A stretch of 64,000 nt of DNA, from positions 21,481,247-21,545,246 of the forward strand of contig NC_081385.1 in NCBI RefSeq assembly GCF_030684315.1. Reading direction: 5' to 3'. Positions 62,728 to 64,000 of the stretch are shown piece by piece. The notes beneath the pieces were generated by a model, which saw only the letters and a list, made by a program, of their open reading frames with translations, was not told the origin of the DNA and made no database searches. The first letter of the stretch is position 1; every line of letters begins with the position of its first letter. Source of the stretch: Stegostoma tigrinum (lineage: Eukaryota). A program made the position numbers and the translations under genes.

Positions 62728-63084
62728 TGCATGATGAAATTTCTCTTCCATTAAGCCTTGAGACGGTGTACAAAAATGTTATTTTTCAATGTAGACTCAC
62801 CAAAAAGTCCTGTAAACTGCACAGCAAGCAGAGTATGTTGCAATGGTTAAATCTAATGTTTAAAAACAACATGGATGAAATTTGTAGCAGCGGATGATGA
62901 GGTAGGGACAGAGGCAGGCACTGTTACAGAAGAGATGGCTTATGGATACAAGGTGCCTAAACTCATCTTTACACCAAAAACAATCTGCACCAGCCTCCAT
63001 TCATGGAGAGATAAGCCAGTCATGAGGGAGCAAGCTGGCTTTAGTCTCAATCTTGTTTTAGAATTTCATAATATTTAATTAGGT

Positions 63085-63435
63085 GAGAAAATGGCCTTGT
63101 GGTAATGAGTGTACTGTTAATTAAGAGACCCAGGTAATGTTCTGAGGACCTGGGTTTGAATCCTGCCAAGGCAGATGGTGGAATTTAAATTCAACTTTTT
63201 TTAAAAATCTGAAATTTAGAGTCAGATGATCAGTGTGAAACTGTGGACGCTTGTTGTAAAAACCCGTTGTGTTCCTTAATGCCCCCAAGGGAGGGTAAAC
63301 TTCCATTGTTATCTGTTCTGGCCTCCATGTGACTCCAGACCAACAGCAATGTGGTTGACTCTTAATTGTCCCCTGGGCATTTACAGGTGCACAGTAAATG
63401 CTGGCCCAGCCAGCAATGCCCTCATTCCTTGCAGT
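63085..63435 (+). mobile_element. DeuSINE-like SINE
   Basis: Similarity to 2361-2715 along its length. Confidence 0.7.
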
Positions 63436-64000
63436 TTAAATTATGCTTATCTAGCCCTGGATGTGGGATAATTCAGATGTCTGATAAGAGCTACGGCTGT
63501 GATGAAGAGGGACGATGCATCAATGGGGTTGCGATGGAAGCATTTGCAAGCTGTCTCTGTGACAGCGATGGGTGTGGTTCTGAGGACAAGGGGGTTGGCC
63601 TCGAGGAATCCGTGTTTCAGCCGCGGCTCTCGGGAGGTGAGTGTGGTGGAGGGAGATGCTGGTCAGGTTTGTCCCTGGCCGGGAGGAGATTCTATCAGCT
63701 GCCGGACCGGGTGAGCCTCTTCTTGGCTGGCTTGAGGTTCGAGGGGCAGGTCGCTATTCTTTCTATGTCCTGCAACACCCCGACGACCTGCACTTTCACC
63801 AAAACACCAGTACAAACACAAGCTCGCTGGTCAGCCAACTCGCAGGACAAATCACCTTCAACATGAAACATTTCAGAAGGGATCCGTTGCCACGTCGACG
63901 ACTTAGTGGATTCAGCTCCAGAAATCGAAGTGAAACTGCAGCAACTCCTGGCAGTTTGCCAAGTCCTGACGTTGCATAAATTTCCATGCCCGCAATACTT

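Overview
Vertebrate genomic DNA, most likely from a shark (cartilaginous fish), judged from HE1-type and DeuSINE-type SINEs, CR1 LINEs and Penelope-like elements. Two complete spliced genes can be rebuilt by hand with GT-AG introns and consistent phases. RBM7 is on the minus strand (5 exons, 39934->30019, 291 aa). REXO2/oligoribonuclease is on the plus strand (7 exons, 54194->60436, 274 aa; a second in-frame ATG at 54398 gives 206 aa). The genes are divergent, about 14 kb apart, each with a small GC-rich promoter. The rest is mostly transposon debris: RTE, CR1, CR1/L2-like and Rex/Babar LINEs, two Penelope-like families, nested Gypsy/LTR remnants, SINEs and a multi-kb pyrimidine-rich degenerate satellite next to the REXO2 promoter. 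The most notable signal is a set of hammerhead-ribozyme cores (CTGANGA...GAAA-NN-TH) at Penelope-type termini. One apparently intact, sense-oriented copy sits in REXO2 intron 1, flanked by a 14-bp direct repeat that also supplies helix I. Most ORFs in the supplied track are TE fragments or artefacts of low-complexity sequence. Repeat family names are from recognition, not database searches, and TE boundaries are approximate.
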